DNA of 64,000 nucleotides from an uncultured delta proteobacterium (GTDB lineage Bacteria > Myxococcota > Kuafuiibacteriia > Kuafuiibacteriales > Kuafuiibacteriaceae), in contig CAWDML010000007.1 of NCBI GenBank assembly GCA_963803435.1, positions 64,001 through 128,000 on the forward strand. Direction: 5' to 3'. A program made the position numbers and the translations under genes. Under the pieces are notes generated by a model. The model saw only the letters and a list, made by a program, of their open reading frames with translations, was not told the origin of the DNA and made no database searches. This document shows, piece by piece, positions 9,326 to 18,721 of this stretch (its first letter is position 1; each line of letters begins with the position of its first letter).

Positions 9326-9678
9326 TGAGCACGGCACCCTCCAAGAGCCTGGAGACCTTCCCGAATCCCAAACCCGAGCGCGATTACGAGATCGCGTTCG
9401 ACTGTCCCGAGTTCACCTGCGTCTGCCCGATGACCGGCCAGCCGGACTTCGCGACGATCCGCATCCGCTACATCCCCGATCGGCTGTGTGTGGAGCTCAA
9501 GTCGCTGAAGCTCTACCTGTGGTCGTTTCGTGAGGAGGGTCACTTCCACGAGGCCGTCACGAATCGCATCCTCGACGACCTGGTGGGTAAGCTGGCGCCG
9601 AGGTGGATGACGATCACCGGCGACTTCGCCGTACGCGGCGGGATCCACACCGTCGTGACCGCGACCCATGAAAAATAG
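9322..9678 (+). CDS. queF: PreQ0 reductase QueF (type I)
   Basis: [41 protein letters not shown]. Confidence 0.95.
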   Translation: MMSTAPSKSLETFPNPKPERDYEIAFDCPEFTCVCPMTGQPDFATIRIRYIPDRLCVELKSLKLYLWSFREEGHFHEAVTNRILDDLVGKLAPRWMTITGDFAVRGGIHTVVTATHEK

Positions 9679-9771
9679 TTTGCCGATCCGCCACGAACCG
9701 CGCGTCCAAGGATCGAGATGTTCGATCCGTGGCCGTGCTGAGGCGTGCCCGCTCGCCGTAAGGCGAGCGAG

Positions 9772-10335
9772 ATGGTGAACGCGGCCGTGAGCGACCGGCG
9801 CTCGAACCCCCGATTCGTCAGCGAAACCAAGGTCGAGGTCGGCCCCATCGAGCGGGGGGAGTTCGAGGTCCTCTGGACCGTCAACATCTCCACCGGCGGT
9901 CTCTTCGTGGCCACCGCCCACCCGCCGGCGCTGGGCACGCGCGTCCAGGTGCACCTCTCGATGGTCGGAGGGGTCCTGCCGCTGCAGGCGACCGTCGTCC
10001 ATCGCGTCTCGCCTGAGGAGGCCGAACGAACCGGGCTCCACGCGGGCGTCGGGCTCGAGTTCACCGAGCTCAGCACGGCGGTCCGCGACAAGATCGAAGC
10101 GTACATCGCAGGCCAGGAGACCCACGCGCACGAGGAGCGAGATCTTCTGCGACAGTCGTGGGCGACGGTGTTCCCGGATCGGATCGCCGAGGCGGAGCGG
10201 TTGGTCGTTCGAGCCATCGAGCTTCGCGGCGCCGGCGACATGGCCGAGGCGCAGGCTCTGCTGTCCGAGGCGATCGACCTCGACCCGTTCAATCAGGCCT
10301 TGACGGCGCTCTCCGCGGCCTGGCGTGGGCCGTGA
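9772..10335 (+). CDS. PilZ-domain protein with C-terminal TPR-like helices
   Basis: RRSNPR (RxxxR), NISTGGLFV, GVGLEF; C-terminal EAIDLDPFN. Confidence 0.75.
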   Translation: MVNAAVSDRRSNPRFVSETKVEVGPIERGEFEVLWTVNISTGGLFVATAHPPALGTRVQVHLSMVGGVLPLQATVVHRVSPEEAERTGLHAGVGLEFTELSTAVRDKIEAYIAGQETHAHEERDLLRQSWATVFPDRIAEAERLVVRAIELRGAGDMAEAQALLSEAIDLDPFNQALTALSAAWRGP

Positions 10336-10370
10336 CGCAGGCTGCTTTGCAGCCGGCATCCAACTGATCG

Positions 10371-10898
10371 ATGATCCGGCGCATGAAGAAGACGCACCTC
10401 GCAGTCATGGTGGTCGGGCTGGGTCTCGCGGCCTGGTGGCTCTCCGGAAACAGCCAGACGCAAGACGCGAAGCTCATCTTCGATCGCCCGTGGGTCAGCG
10501 CGATGCCCGACGATCCGCGCGAAGCCTTCCACGCGCTCTTCCTCGCCAAGAAGCAGGAGAAAGGGATCACGCTGGTGGGCTCCCAGTATCAGCACCTCGT
10601 CAGCGTGGTGAGCTACAAGCTCGACAAGGACAAGCTCCAGCTCAACTTCCTTCAGCAGGAGTTCAAGATCGCCGGCAAGGTGAAGGCCTGGAAGTGCAAG
10701 GCGCCTGGCAACCTCGATCTGTGCCTCCAGATCGACTACCGATGGAAGAAGGTGAAGCTGTACAGCTCGACCAAATGGAATCGGGCGAAGAACGTCCCCG
10801 CCTGGCTGCGCTTCGATCCTGAATCGCTCCCCAACGTGAACGCCTGCACCTCTTGCCGCGAGCAGGGCGACGAGCCCTCCTGGCTCGAATCCCTCTGA
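10371..10898 (+). CDS. Hypothetical membrane-anchored/secreted protein
   Basis: N-terminal hydrophobic segment, good codon bias, C-terminal CTSC. Confidence 0.6.
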   Translation: MIRRMKKTHLAVMVVGLGLAAWWLSGNSQTQDAKLIFDRPWVSAMPDDPREAFHALFLAKKQEKGITLVGSQYQHLVSVVSYKLDKDKLQLNFLQQEFKIAGKVKAWKCKAPGNLDLCLQIDYRWKKVKLYSSTKWNRAKNVPAWLRFDPESLPNVNACTSCREQGDEPSWLESL

Positions 10899-10952
10899 AG
10901 CGCGCCTTTCCGCCTCTTCGCCTCGCTCCTGGGCCCGGTGTAAGCTCCCGGC

Positions 10953-11996
10953 GTGCTGCCTGCTCTCCTGGCGCTCCTCGTCGCAGCTCCGCCGGTGGCC
11001 GGCGTGTATCCGATCGTCCCGGCCAAGGGCCCGCTGGTCCGACGTTCGGCTGAAGCGCAAGCTGACTTGCTGTTCAACTGGGGATTCCGGCTCGCCGGGG
11101 GCGACTTCGAGGACGACCGGCTCCCGACGGCGCTGAGGAAGCGCGGCATCCGGACGATGACGGTGGTCGGCGTCTTTCAGGGCGCCAATCACTGGAAGAA
11201 GCACCCCGAGTCGCGACCGATCGACTCGCGCGGGAAGCGCATCGCGAAGGACCACTGGTACGCCGGCGTGTGCCCCAACCAGGAGTGGTTGCGGAGAGGC
11301 AAGCTCGAGGAGATTGAAGGGCTGCTCCAGACAGGCCGCTACGACGTGCTGCTGCTGGACTTCGTCCGCTACCCGGTCCTCTGGGAGCGGAAGGCGCCCA
11401 AGACCCCCAAGACCTGCTACTGCAAGGCCTGCCTGTCCCGGTTCGAGCACGACACCGGCGTGAACCTGCCGAACCGCTCGGTCCCGCAGATCGCCCGCTG
11501 GATCGACGAGAACGAGAGCGAGCGTTGGCTCCACTGGCGAGCCGATCGGATCACGGCCTTCGTGCATGACGTTCGCGTCCTTCGCGACCGCGTCAGCCCC
11601 AAGACCCTCATCGGCGTGACGGTCGTGCCGTGGATGGACCAGAGCCTGCTCGAGGTCGCCGGTCAGGACCTGACCGGCCTGGCCAAGGAGGCCGACGTCT
11701 TCGTGCCGACCAGCTTCCACAAGCTGATGGGCAAGTCGGTCCGCTGGGTCTCCGACGTCAACGCGTTCGTCCACAAGGCGACCAAGAAACCCGTCTGGCC
11801 GATCCTCCTGTTCGACGAGCAGCGCCGCCTTTCGCCGAGCGAGTGGGACGCCTACCTCTCGCACGCGCTGCGCGGCGCGGACGGCTTCATCGCGTTCCCC
11901 TTCCCCAGCGTTCCCCGGTCTCGCGGGCTGAACGTGCTGACCCAGCAGCTCAACGATCGGGCTCCCGACGAAGGGCTGATCACGGATCCCGAGTGA
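10953..11996 (+). CDS. Secreted glycoside-hydrolase-like protein (GHL10/DUF187-type)
   Basis: Signal peptide; VCPNQEW...YDVLLLDFVRYP...CYCKAC...WRADRITAFV pattern. Confidence 0.6.
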   Translation: MLPALLALLVAAPPVAGVYPIVPAKGPLVRRSAEAQADLLFNWGFRLAGGDFEDDRLPTALRKRGIRTMTVVGVFQGANHWKKHPESRPIDSRGKRIAKDHWYAGVCPNQEWLRRGKLEEIEGLLQTGRYDVLLLDFVRYPVLWERKAPKTPKTCYCKACLSRFEHDTGVNLPNRSVPQIARWIDENESERWLHWRADRITAFVHDVRVLRDRVSPKTLIGVTVVPWMDQSLLEVAGQDLTGLAKEADVFVPTSFHKLMGKSVRWVSDVNAFVHKATKKPVWPILLFDEQRRLSPSEWDAYLSHALRGADGFIAFPFPSVPRSRGLNVLTQQLNDRAPDEGLITDPE

Positions 11997-12646
11997 TCGC
12001 GTTCTTCGATCTCGATCGCACGCTGATCCGCAGGAATTCGGGTGCGCTCTGGCTCCTCAAGGAGATCAGGGAGCGCAAGCTGCGGCTGAGCGACGCGGTG
12101 CGCGGGCTGTTCGGACTGGCGAGGTACAGCATCGGCTTCGTGGAGCTCGAGTCGCTGGTCCTGTTGGCGATCAGCAGGCTCGAGGGCAGGCCGGAGCGCG
12201 AGCTCGCCCAACGCGTCGAGGAGTTCTATCGGGACGAGGTGGTGTCGCTCTACCGGCCGCGGGCGCGCGATGTGCTGGCCTCGCACCGCGATCGAGGCGA
12301 GCGCCTGGTGCTGCTGACGTCGGCCTCGCTCTATCTGTCGGAGCTGGTCGCGCGGGAGCTCGGGCTGGACGACGTGCTCTGCAATCGCTTCGAGGTGAAC
12401 GGCGCGGGCATGTTCTCCGGCCGGCCGGCGGGTCCGGTCTGCTACGGCCGCGGGAAGCTGGTGCACGCCCAGGCCTATGCAGCGCGGGCCGGCACCACGC
12501 TCGATCGCTGCGCGTTCTACACCGATTCGCTCGCCGACCTCCCGGTGCTCGAGGTCGTGGGCCGCCCGGTGGCGGTGCATCCCGACCCCCGCCTTCGCCG
12601 GATCGCAGAAGCGCGCGGCTGGCCCATCGAAGACTGGGGTTCGTGA
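11993..12646 (+). CDS. HAD-IB family hydrolase
   Basis: GTG start; AFFDLDRTL, LLTSAS, GK, FYTDSLADLP, VHPDPRL. Confidence 0.88.
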   Translation: MIAFFDLDRTLIRRNSGALWLLKEIRERKLRLSDAVRGLFGLARYSIGFVELESLVLLAISRLEGRPERELAQRVEEFYRDEVVSLYRPRARDVLASHRDRGERLVLLTSASLYLSELVARELGLDDVLCNRFEVNGAGMFSGRPAGPVCYGRGKLVHAQAYAARAGTTLDRCAFYTDSLADLPVLEVVGRPVAVHPDPRLRRIAEARGWPIEDWGS

Positions 12647-13251
12647 TGGAGTACGGGATCCAGCGCCGGCGCATCTACCTGGTCCCGGCGGACGAGGACG
12701 ATCTCGCCTGCGTGCTCGAGGCCTTCGATCTGGAGGAGGTCTGGGACATGTTCGGCTTCCCGGGGCCGAGCAGGTTCAAGATCATGCGGGCCCACCGCGC
12801 CGGCCAAATGGTCCTGGGGATCATGAAGCGGGTCGAAGATCGAAGACGCGTCGGCTTCGTCGTGATGTTTCCGCCGACGAAGGACTTCGACTTCTGGGAG
12901 TTCGGCTACGTGATCCTCGATCCCGCGGATCGCGACGCCTTCAGCGCCCTCTGCGCGACCGACGCCATGGCGCACTACATGTTCGATCACCTGCGCGTCG
13001 ACGCCATGGGCTGGCGAACCCGCGCGGATAATCGTGCCGCCGATGCCGTGGTTCGCCGCCTCGGCTACCAGCCCTTCGGAGCCTGGGAGGTCGACGGCCA
13101 CCACTATACGTTCTACCGCCTCGATCTCGAGGGATGGAAAAAGCGCGTCGCCAAGCTCGAAGCGGGTGAACGGACGCATCCCTCTGGTATCGGCGACGTG
13201 TTCGTGACCCTCGCGGATCCGCCCTACGAGCCCATCGATCCCGGCGAGTGA
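12643..13251 (+). CDS. GNAT (RimJ/RimL-like) acetyltransferase
   Basis: WEFGY, DNRAADAVVRRLGY motif; coupled to the HAD gene. Confidence 0.65.
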   Translation: MMEYGIQRRRIYLVPADEDDLACVLEAFDLEEVWDMFGFPGPSRFKIMRAHRAGQMVLGIMKRVEDRRRVGFVVMFPPTKDFDFWEFGYVILDPADRDAFSALCATDAMAHYMFDHLRVDAMGWRTRADNRAADAVVRRLGYQPFGAWEVDGHHYTFYRLDLEGWKKRVAKLEAGERTHPSGIGDVFVTLADPPYEPIDPGE

Positions 13252-13266
13252 TATGCTGGAACGGCG

Positions 13267-14970
13267 ATGCGGGCATGTCCGCACTGCCTCTCTGTCTACT
13301 CCGTCGACGCGGAGCACTGCAGCGTGGACGGACAGAGGCTCGGCGGTCCAGGCGCCCTCCGTGGGAAGGCGGTCGAAGGCTACGTCTTCTCGGACCTCCT
13401 GGGCGTGGGCGCCACCGGGTGCGTCTACCGCGGCCGCACCCCGAGCGACGAGACCTGCGCGATCAAGCTGCTCTTTCGCGAGATGGCCGCCGACGAGAGC
13501 CTTCTCGAGCGCTTCCGCCGCGAGGCCGAGGCCGTCAGCGAGATGGATCATCCGAACGTGGTGCGCATCTTCGGCTACGGCACCACCGCGGCCGGCACCC
13601 TGTACATCGCGATGGAGTACGTGAACGGGAAGACGCTCAAGGACATCCTCGAGGCCGACGCTCCGCTCCGTCCCGCGCGCGCAGGCAGGATCGCAGAGCA
13701 GATCTCGCTGGGGCTCGGAGAAGCGCATCGCCTCGGCTTCGTCCACCGCGACCTCAAGCCGGGCAACATCATGATCCGTCGCGATCGCTTCGGCCGTGAG
13801 CAGGCCAAGCTCCTCGACTTCGGGATCGTCGCCAGCCTCAAGGAGCGCGAGGCCGATCAGCGCCTCACCAAGACGGGCTACATCGTCGGCACGCCCACGT
13901 ACATGGCGCCGGAGCAGATCGATCCCAAGCAGGTCGGACCCCAGGTCGACGTCTACGCCCTCGGCGTGATGCTCTACGAGATGCTGTGCGGTCAGCCGCC
14001 CTTTCGCGGCACGCTCGAGCAGATCCTCGTCGCAAAGATGACGCAGGATCCGACACCGATCGAGAACGGCGGCGAGCTGGGCGCGCTCGCGCTCCGCTTC
14101 CTCGAGAAGGATCCGGCGAAGCGGACGAAGAACGCGCTGCAGGCGAGCGCGCAGCTCGGGAAGCTCAGCCTGCTCTCCGACGATTCGGCGACCGTGCGCT
14201 CCGAGATTCCGGATCTACCGACGTTCGAGGAGGTCGGTGCCGCGCCGCCGACCGTGCGCCTGCAGGAGTGGGAGGAGGTCACCAAGCCGCCGCGCGCGCG
14301 CGATCAATGGACCGCGGACACGCGCCGGATCGACGTCGAGACGCCGGACCTGGTGCCGCACGCCCGGCCCGACACCCTGATCGACGGGCTCCCCGCCGGG
14401 CTGCGCCCGGTCGACATCGGCGCGGAGCCGCTCCAGGCGAAGAACCCGTCCGTGTTCCCGCTGCCGGTGGCGCCGAGCGTCTCGGACGTCGAGGTCCCGA
14501 CGGAGATCGGCCCGCCGCCGGACTCCCTGGTCCGGGACACGGACGAGGACATGCTGATCCCCGAGGTGTCCGACACGCCGCCGGACGGCGACGACCCCGC
14601 GAGCACCTCGATGCTCCCCACGCAGCAGGAGGAGGCGGCCGACGAGCCGACGGCCGACGAAATGGTGGAGCACCCCGAAGATGCGTTCGATCGCGTGCGC
14701 TATGGCGAGCTCACCTCGGGCGAGGAGGAGACCGATCTTCAGTTCTCGCTCGATCCGGTGGGTGTCCCGCAGGTCGGGCCCGTCCCGACCTCGGTCGATC
14801 CGGATCCACCGGTCGCCACCAAGGCCGCGCCTCCGCCCGGCCGCAGGTTTCCGCTGGGACGCGTGATCGCGCTCGGGGTCCTGTTCTTGACGCTGCTGCT
14901 GATCGCCGCGGCGCTCGCGTTCGACTTCGTCGACAACGAGATCGTCATCATCGACGTCCCGCGTGACTGA
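13267..14970 (+). CDS. Membrane-anchored Ser/Thr protein kinase
   Basis: N-terminal CPHC..CSVDG ribbon; LGVGATGCVY, AIK, HRDLKPGN, DFG, GTPTYMAPE; acidic Pro-rich linker; C-terminal TM. Confidence 0.92.
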   Translation: MRACPHCLSVYSVDAEHCSVDGQRLGGPGALRGKAVEGYVFSDLLGVGATGCVYRGRTPSDETCAIKLLFREMAADESLLERFRREAEAVSEMDHPNVVRIFGYGTTAAGTLYIAMEYVNGKTLKDILEADAPLRPARAGRIAEQISLGLGEAHRLGFVHRDLKPGNIMIRRDRFGREQAKLLDFGIVASLKEREADQRLTKTGYIVGTPTYMAPEQIDPKQVGPQVDVYALGVMLYEMLCGQPPFRGTLEQILVAKMTQDPTPIENGGELGALALRFLEKDPAKRTKNALQASAQLGKLSLLSDDSATVRSEIPDLPTFEEVGAAPPTVRLQEWEEVTKPPRARDQWTADTRRIDVETPDLVPHARPDTLIDGLPAGLRPVDIGAEPLQAKNPSVFPLPVAPSVSDVEVPTEIGPPPDSLVRDTDEDMLIPEVSDTPPDGDDPASTSMLPTQQEEAADEPTADEMVEHPEDAFDRVRYGELTSGEEETDLQFSLDPVGVPQVGPVPTSVDPDPPVATKAAPPPGRRFPLGRVIALGVLFLTLLLIAAALAFDFVDNEIVIIDVPRD

Positions 14971-14973
14971 CGC

Positions 14974-15894
14974 TCACCCCTCCACCTTCGCGCAAGCCGC
15001 CTTGCGCCTCGCCTCGAGTGCCTCCCGCGCAGCTTGGGTGACTTGAGCGCCGGCGAAAGCGGCGGCCCGCCGGCAGAGGTGGCGCGCCGTCTCGCTGGCA
15101 GGATCGAGCTTCCTCAGCTTCTTGAGGTCGCCGATCGGGTCGCCCTTCGCGGTCTTCCCGCACGTGCGGGCGAACGCCTGCTTGGCCGCCTTGGCCACCT
15201 TGCCGCGGAGATCCTTGGCGCGCTCGATCTCGCCCAGGTGAACGCTCGCGGCGATGCACTCGTACTCTCCTGCGTTCGCCAGCTCGCCGTACAGCGCCGA
15301 CACGCGGCAGCCCTGAGCGACCTTCGCCTCGTGCTCGGTTCCAACGGTCATCGCCACTGCGTTGCGACAGATCGCGATGGCCTCCTCGGAGTCGAGCGCC
15401 AGCTTCTCCAGCTCGTCGAGGCGCTCGAGCGCGGCTCGACTGGCGGAGGCCCCCTTGCACGCCTTCTCCAGCTCCGCCTCCAGCGCGCTCACGTCGGCGC
15501 CGGCCTTCTTCGAGGCGGCGACGATCTTGCGGTCGTAGTCGCAGGCCACCCCCTGGGTCGTCCCTTCCAGCTCGGACACCCCCCGGAGCGAGGTCCACAC
15601 GTCGGCCTGCATGCAGTGCTGCTCCACCGCGGCGCTCACCTCCGCGCTCTTCGCCTCGGCGCGAGCCTTCGCCATCGCCGCCAGGCTCCGCGCCTCCATG
15701 CACTCGAACTGCGCCTCGGGCGTCCGGAGATCGCCACCGGCGAGCGATGCGACCAGCGCCTCCGCCCGCCCCGCCCATTCGCCCGCGGCGGGATCCCGCG
15801 CCGTTCGACTCGCCGACGCCACCGACGGCGCGGTCTCATCTTCGCCGGAGCAGGCGGTCGAGAGGACGGCCAGGAGGATCCACGAAAGACGCAT
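14974..15894 (-). CDS. Cys-rich helical lipoprotein
   Basis: Lipobox LSTAC; good codon bias. Confidence 0.65.
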   Translation of the reverse strand: MRLSWILLAVLSTACSGEDETAPSVASASRTARDPAAGEWAGRAEALVASLAGGDLRTPEAQFECMEARSLAAMAKARAEAKSAEVSAAVEQHCMQADVWTSLRGVSELEGTTQGVACDYDRKIVAASKKAGADVSALEAELEKACKGASASRAALERLDELEKLALDSEEAIAICRNAVAMTVGTEHEAKVAQGCRVSALYGELANAGEYECIAASVHLGEIERAKDLRGKVAKAAKQAFARTCGKTAKGDPIGDLKKLRKLDPASETARHLCRRAAAFAGAQVTQAAREALEARRKAACAKVEG

Positions 15895-15925
15895 CTGGGC
15901 GGTCTACCACGGGAGCACCGAAGCC

Positions 15926-16840
15926 TCACACCAGGTTGAGGCAGACCTCGGACTTGGCCACTTCCGCGCGCATCCCGTACGGAAAAGCGATCCGATCCTC
16001 CTCGATCCCGTCGCCGAAGAGCACGCCGTCCTCGTTCATCTCCGAGGTGATCGACAAGTGCGCACCTGCGGGGATGAGGCCTTCGGTGAGCGTCGTGCCG
16101 GTGGCGATGCTCGGAAAGGCCTCGCGCACGAAGAACGCCAGCTCCCGGTCGGACGGCGCCGGCAAGGCCAGGTCGGTGGCGCGCTCGCGCCGGATCGATC
16201 GCGCCCAACCCGTCGAGCCGGTACCCGTGGCGATGACGATGCCCGAGGACGACTGCCGCTCCTGCCGGCCGGCGAGTGCGATCAGGTAGCGCGACGACTG
16301 GTGGGTACGGTGTCCGAGATAGACCTCGTTGAGCGCGAGCAGCCGCTGTCCGTCGTCGAGCCGCGCCTCCACCATCGTCCGGATCTCCCGGCAGTCGAGT
16401 CGGTGCTCGGCCGCCATCGCGATCAGATCCGGCGTCTCCTCGGGCGGGTGCTTCACCAGCACACCGTCGTAGCGCTGGGGATCGGGGTTGATTCCGAGCA
16501 CCGGCTGCCCGCGCAGATACTTGGCGATGTTCGCGACCAGGCCGTCCTGTCCCAGCGCGATCACCAGATCCTCCGGCTCGAAGAGGAACCGGTCCAGCTC
16601 ACCGCGGTCGACCCGCGTCCGCCGCCAGCGCACCGGGATCGCGCGCTGCACCGAGGCGAGCGCCCGCTCGAATCGCTGGTGCCGCTGCTGGACCTCGTCG
16701 ATCGACTGACCGCGCGTCTCCAAGAAGAAGCGAGCCTGTCCGTGCGTCGCATGACGGGCCAGCAGGCTCTCGTACTCCGTGGGACGGGTGACCACGACCG
16801 CGCGCGGCGTGACCCCTCCCTGCTCAACGGTGGACATCAT
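15926..16840 (-). CDS. NAD-kinase-like protein
   Basis: LGQDG (GGDG variant), ALNEVY, SSGIVIATGTGSTGW. Confidence 0.75.
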   Translation of the reverse strand: MMSTVEQGGVTPRAVVVTRPTEYESLLARHATHGQARFFLETRGQSIDEVQQRHQRFERALASVQRAIPVRWRRTRVDRGELDRFLFEPEDLVIALGQDGLVANIAKYLRGQPVLGINPDPQRYDGVLVKHPPEETPDLIAMAAEHRLDCREIRTMVEARLDDGQRLLALNEVYLGHRTHQSSRYLIALAGRQERQSSSGIVIATGTGSTGWARSIRRERATDLALPAPSDRELAFFVREAFPSIATGTTLTEGLIPAGAHLSITSEMNEDGVLFGDGIEEDRIAFPYGMRAEVAKSEVCLNLV

Positions 16841-17858
16841 CCTCCTCCGTCAACCGCTTCGTCCCGGCGCGGATCAGATCGGTCACCAGCGGGCCGAACA
16901 TGTCCGGCGCCACCGTGAGGTGCTCGATCGAGTGGAGCTTGCCGGCGAGCTCCTGAGCGGCCAAGCCGATGATCACCGGCGTCGGGAGATCGCGGTAGAT
17001 CCCCATCCGGTCGCGCTCGGCCGCCACCTTCACCTCTTCGACGACGCGAATGTTCTCCGCCTCGGTGACCGAGTACATGCGCTTCGCCTCGCACTCGGCC
17101 TCGGTGCGCAGGCGATCAGCCTCGACCTGCTCCTCGGCGCGACGCCGCTCGTTCTGGCCCTGCTGGGCGATCAGCTGCTCCTCCCGCCGGGCCAGCTCGA
17201 TCTTGTTGGAGAGCTCGTTCTCCTGGATCGCCCGCTCCTTCTCGACGGCCTGGGCGCGCCGCGAGAACGTCGCCTCGTCGGCCTTCTGCTGGATCGCCTC
17301 CCGCGTCGGCATCTGGAGGGCGCGCTCGAGATCCGCGCTCGGCTTCACCGACGCCAGCCGCACCGAGACGATCTCGATCCCCATCTGCCGCAGCTCCTCA
17401 TCGGCGGTGAGGCCGGCGCGGATGCGCTCGCGGAGTGCCTCGATCCCGTGGGACAGCGCCTCCCGGACCGCCGTGTTGGCGATATACTCGAGCGCGAACT
17501 GCTGCGCGAGCTGGGTGATCAGCTGCGCCAGGCGCTCCAGCGGCTGCTTGGCGAAGAGGCCCTGGTCGAGATCGATCGAGAAGTCGACCCGGCGCATCAG
17601 CGCGTCAGGGTCCGCGACGCGATACGTGATGACGCCCTGGGTCGTCACGTCCTGGAAGTCCTGCGAGCGCCCCGAGAAGTGGAACGGCAGCTCGCGATCG
17701 TCGAGCGGGACCTCCGCGATGCTCGCGGACAGCGGCACGAACCAGAAGGAGAGCCCGGCGCCGCTGCGCACCTGTCTCCCTCGCCGGTACTGGACGATCT
17801 GAAAGTTGGGCTCGCCACGCAGGTGGCGCCAGAACAGCACGCGTTTGATGTCCGCCAT
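16824..17858 (-). CDS. SPFH/band-7 domain protein
   Basis: From MADIKR; GAGLSFWFVP, DFQDVTTQGVITYRV, coiled-coil RRAQAVEKERAIQENEL. Confidence 0.85.
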   Translation of the reverse strand: MADIKRVLFWRHLRGEPNFQIVQYRRGRQVRSGAGLSFWFVPLSASIAEVPLDDRELPFHFSGRSQDFQDVTTQGVITYRVADPDALMRRVDFSIDLDQGLFAKQPLERLAQLITQLAQQFALEYIANTAVREALSHGIEALRERIRAGLTADEELRQMGIEIVSVRLASVKPSADLERALQMPTREAIQQKADEATFSRRAQAVEKERAIQENELSNKIELARREEQLIAQQGQNERRRAEEQVEADRLRTEAECEAKRMYSVTEAENIRVVEEVKVAAERDRMGIYRDLPTPVIIGLAAQELAGKLHSIEHLTVAPDMFGPLVTDLIRAGTKRLTEEDDVHR

Positions 17859-17872
17859 GATCGAACCTCCGT

Positions 17873-18634
17873 CTACAGCGCGGAGCGCTTGGTAAATCGA
17901 TAGAGCTCGGCCGGGCGGTGTCCGACCGAGGCTTCGGTCTCTCCCGTTCTCCCGAGCTGTCCGGAAGCGAGCATGCTCCTCCGGAACGAGTCCTTGTTGA
18001 GCGAGCGCCCCAGGACCGTCTCGTGGACGTCTTGGAGCTGCCGCAGCGTGAACTTCTTGGGCAGCAGCTGGAAGCCGATCGGCGCGTAGCCGAGCTTGCC
18101 GCGAAGCCGCTTCACGCACATGCCGAGGATGTCGGCGTGATCGAACGCGAGCTGGAGCCGCTTGCCGCTCGCGTCGGTGATCCGCACCGGGCCGCCGGTC
18201 TCGCCCTCCCACGCCACCGCGATCCGGGCGAGAACACGACCCCCGTCTTGTGTCGCCATGGCCTGCCGCAGGCGCTCCGAAGGCACCAGCCCGTAGTGGG
18301 CCACCGTGATGACGCGGGTGCGCGGATCGCGCTCCGGATCGCCGAAGGTGTAGAGCTGCTCGAAGAACACACCGCCGACGCCGCCCTTCTCCTCGATGAG
18401 CCGCCTCGCTGCAGCGTCGAGCGACTCGTCCGGCCGCACGAAGCCGCCGGGGACCTGATAGGCGCCTTTGAAGGGGTGCTGGCGCCGCTGCACCAGGAGG
18501 ACCCCGAGCGCCCCGCCTTCGGCCGTCAGGAGCGCCACGTCGACGGCGACCGAGACCCGGTCGAACGCGCTCGCATCGTAGGCATCGAGAAAGGCCTGCT
18601 CCTCGGCCGGCAACTTTCGCTTCTTCGTGACCAT
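17873..18634 (-). CDS. nrtR: NrtR-type Nudix/wHTH transcriptional regulator
   Basis: PGGFVRPDESL (degenerate Nudix box), EQLYTFGDPERDPR, LAFDH, wHTH FTLRQLQDVHE..NKDSFRR..HRPAELYRF. Confidence 0.85.
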   Translation of the reverse strand: MVTKKRKLPAEEQAFLDAYDASAFDRVSVAVDVALLTAEGGALGVLLVQRRQHPFKGAYQVPGGFVRPDESLDAAARRLIEEKGGVGGVFFEQLYTFGDPERDPRTRVITVAHYGLVPSERLRQAMATQDGGRVLARIAVAWEGETGGPVRITDASGKRLQLAFDHADILGMCVKRLRGKLGYAPIGFQLLPKKFTLRQLQDVHETVLGRSLNKDSFRRSMLASGQLGRTGETEASVGHRPAELYRFTKRSAL

Positions 18635-18635
18635 C

Positions 18636-18671
18636 TTAGATGCAATAGGCATATATGCATGACGCATCTAA
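18636..18671. promoter_or_regulatory. 36-bp AT-rich palindrome, putative NrtR operator
   Basis: TTAGATGC-aatag-GCATATATGC-atgac-GCATCTAA, symmetric about 18653/18654, starting 2 bp upstream of the nrtR ATG. Confidence 0.65.
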
Positions 18672-18721
18672 GGTCAAGCAGTTGAGTTCGGGAGACAGGT
18701 GGTTCAGCATCCGACCTCGGG

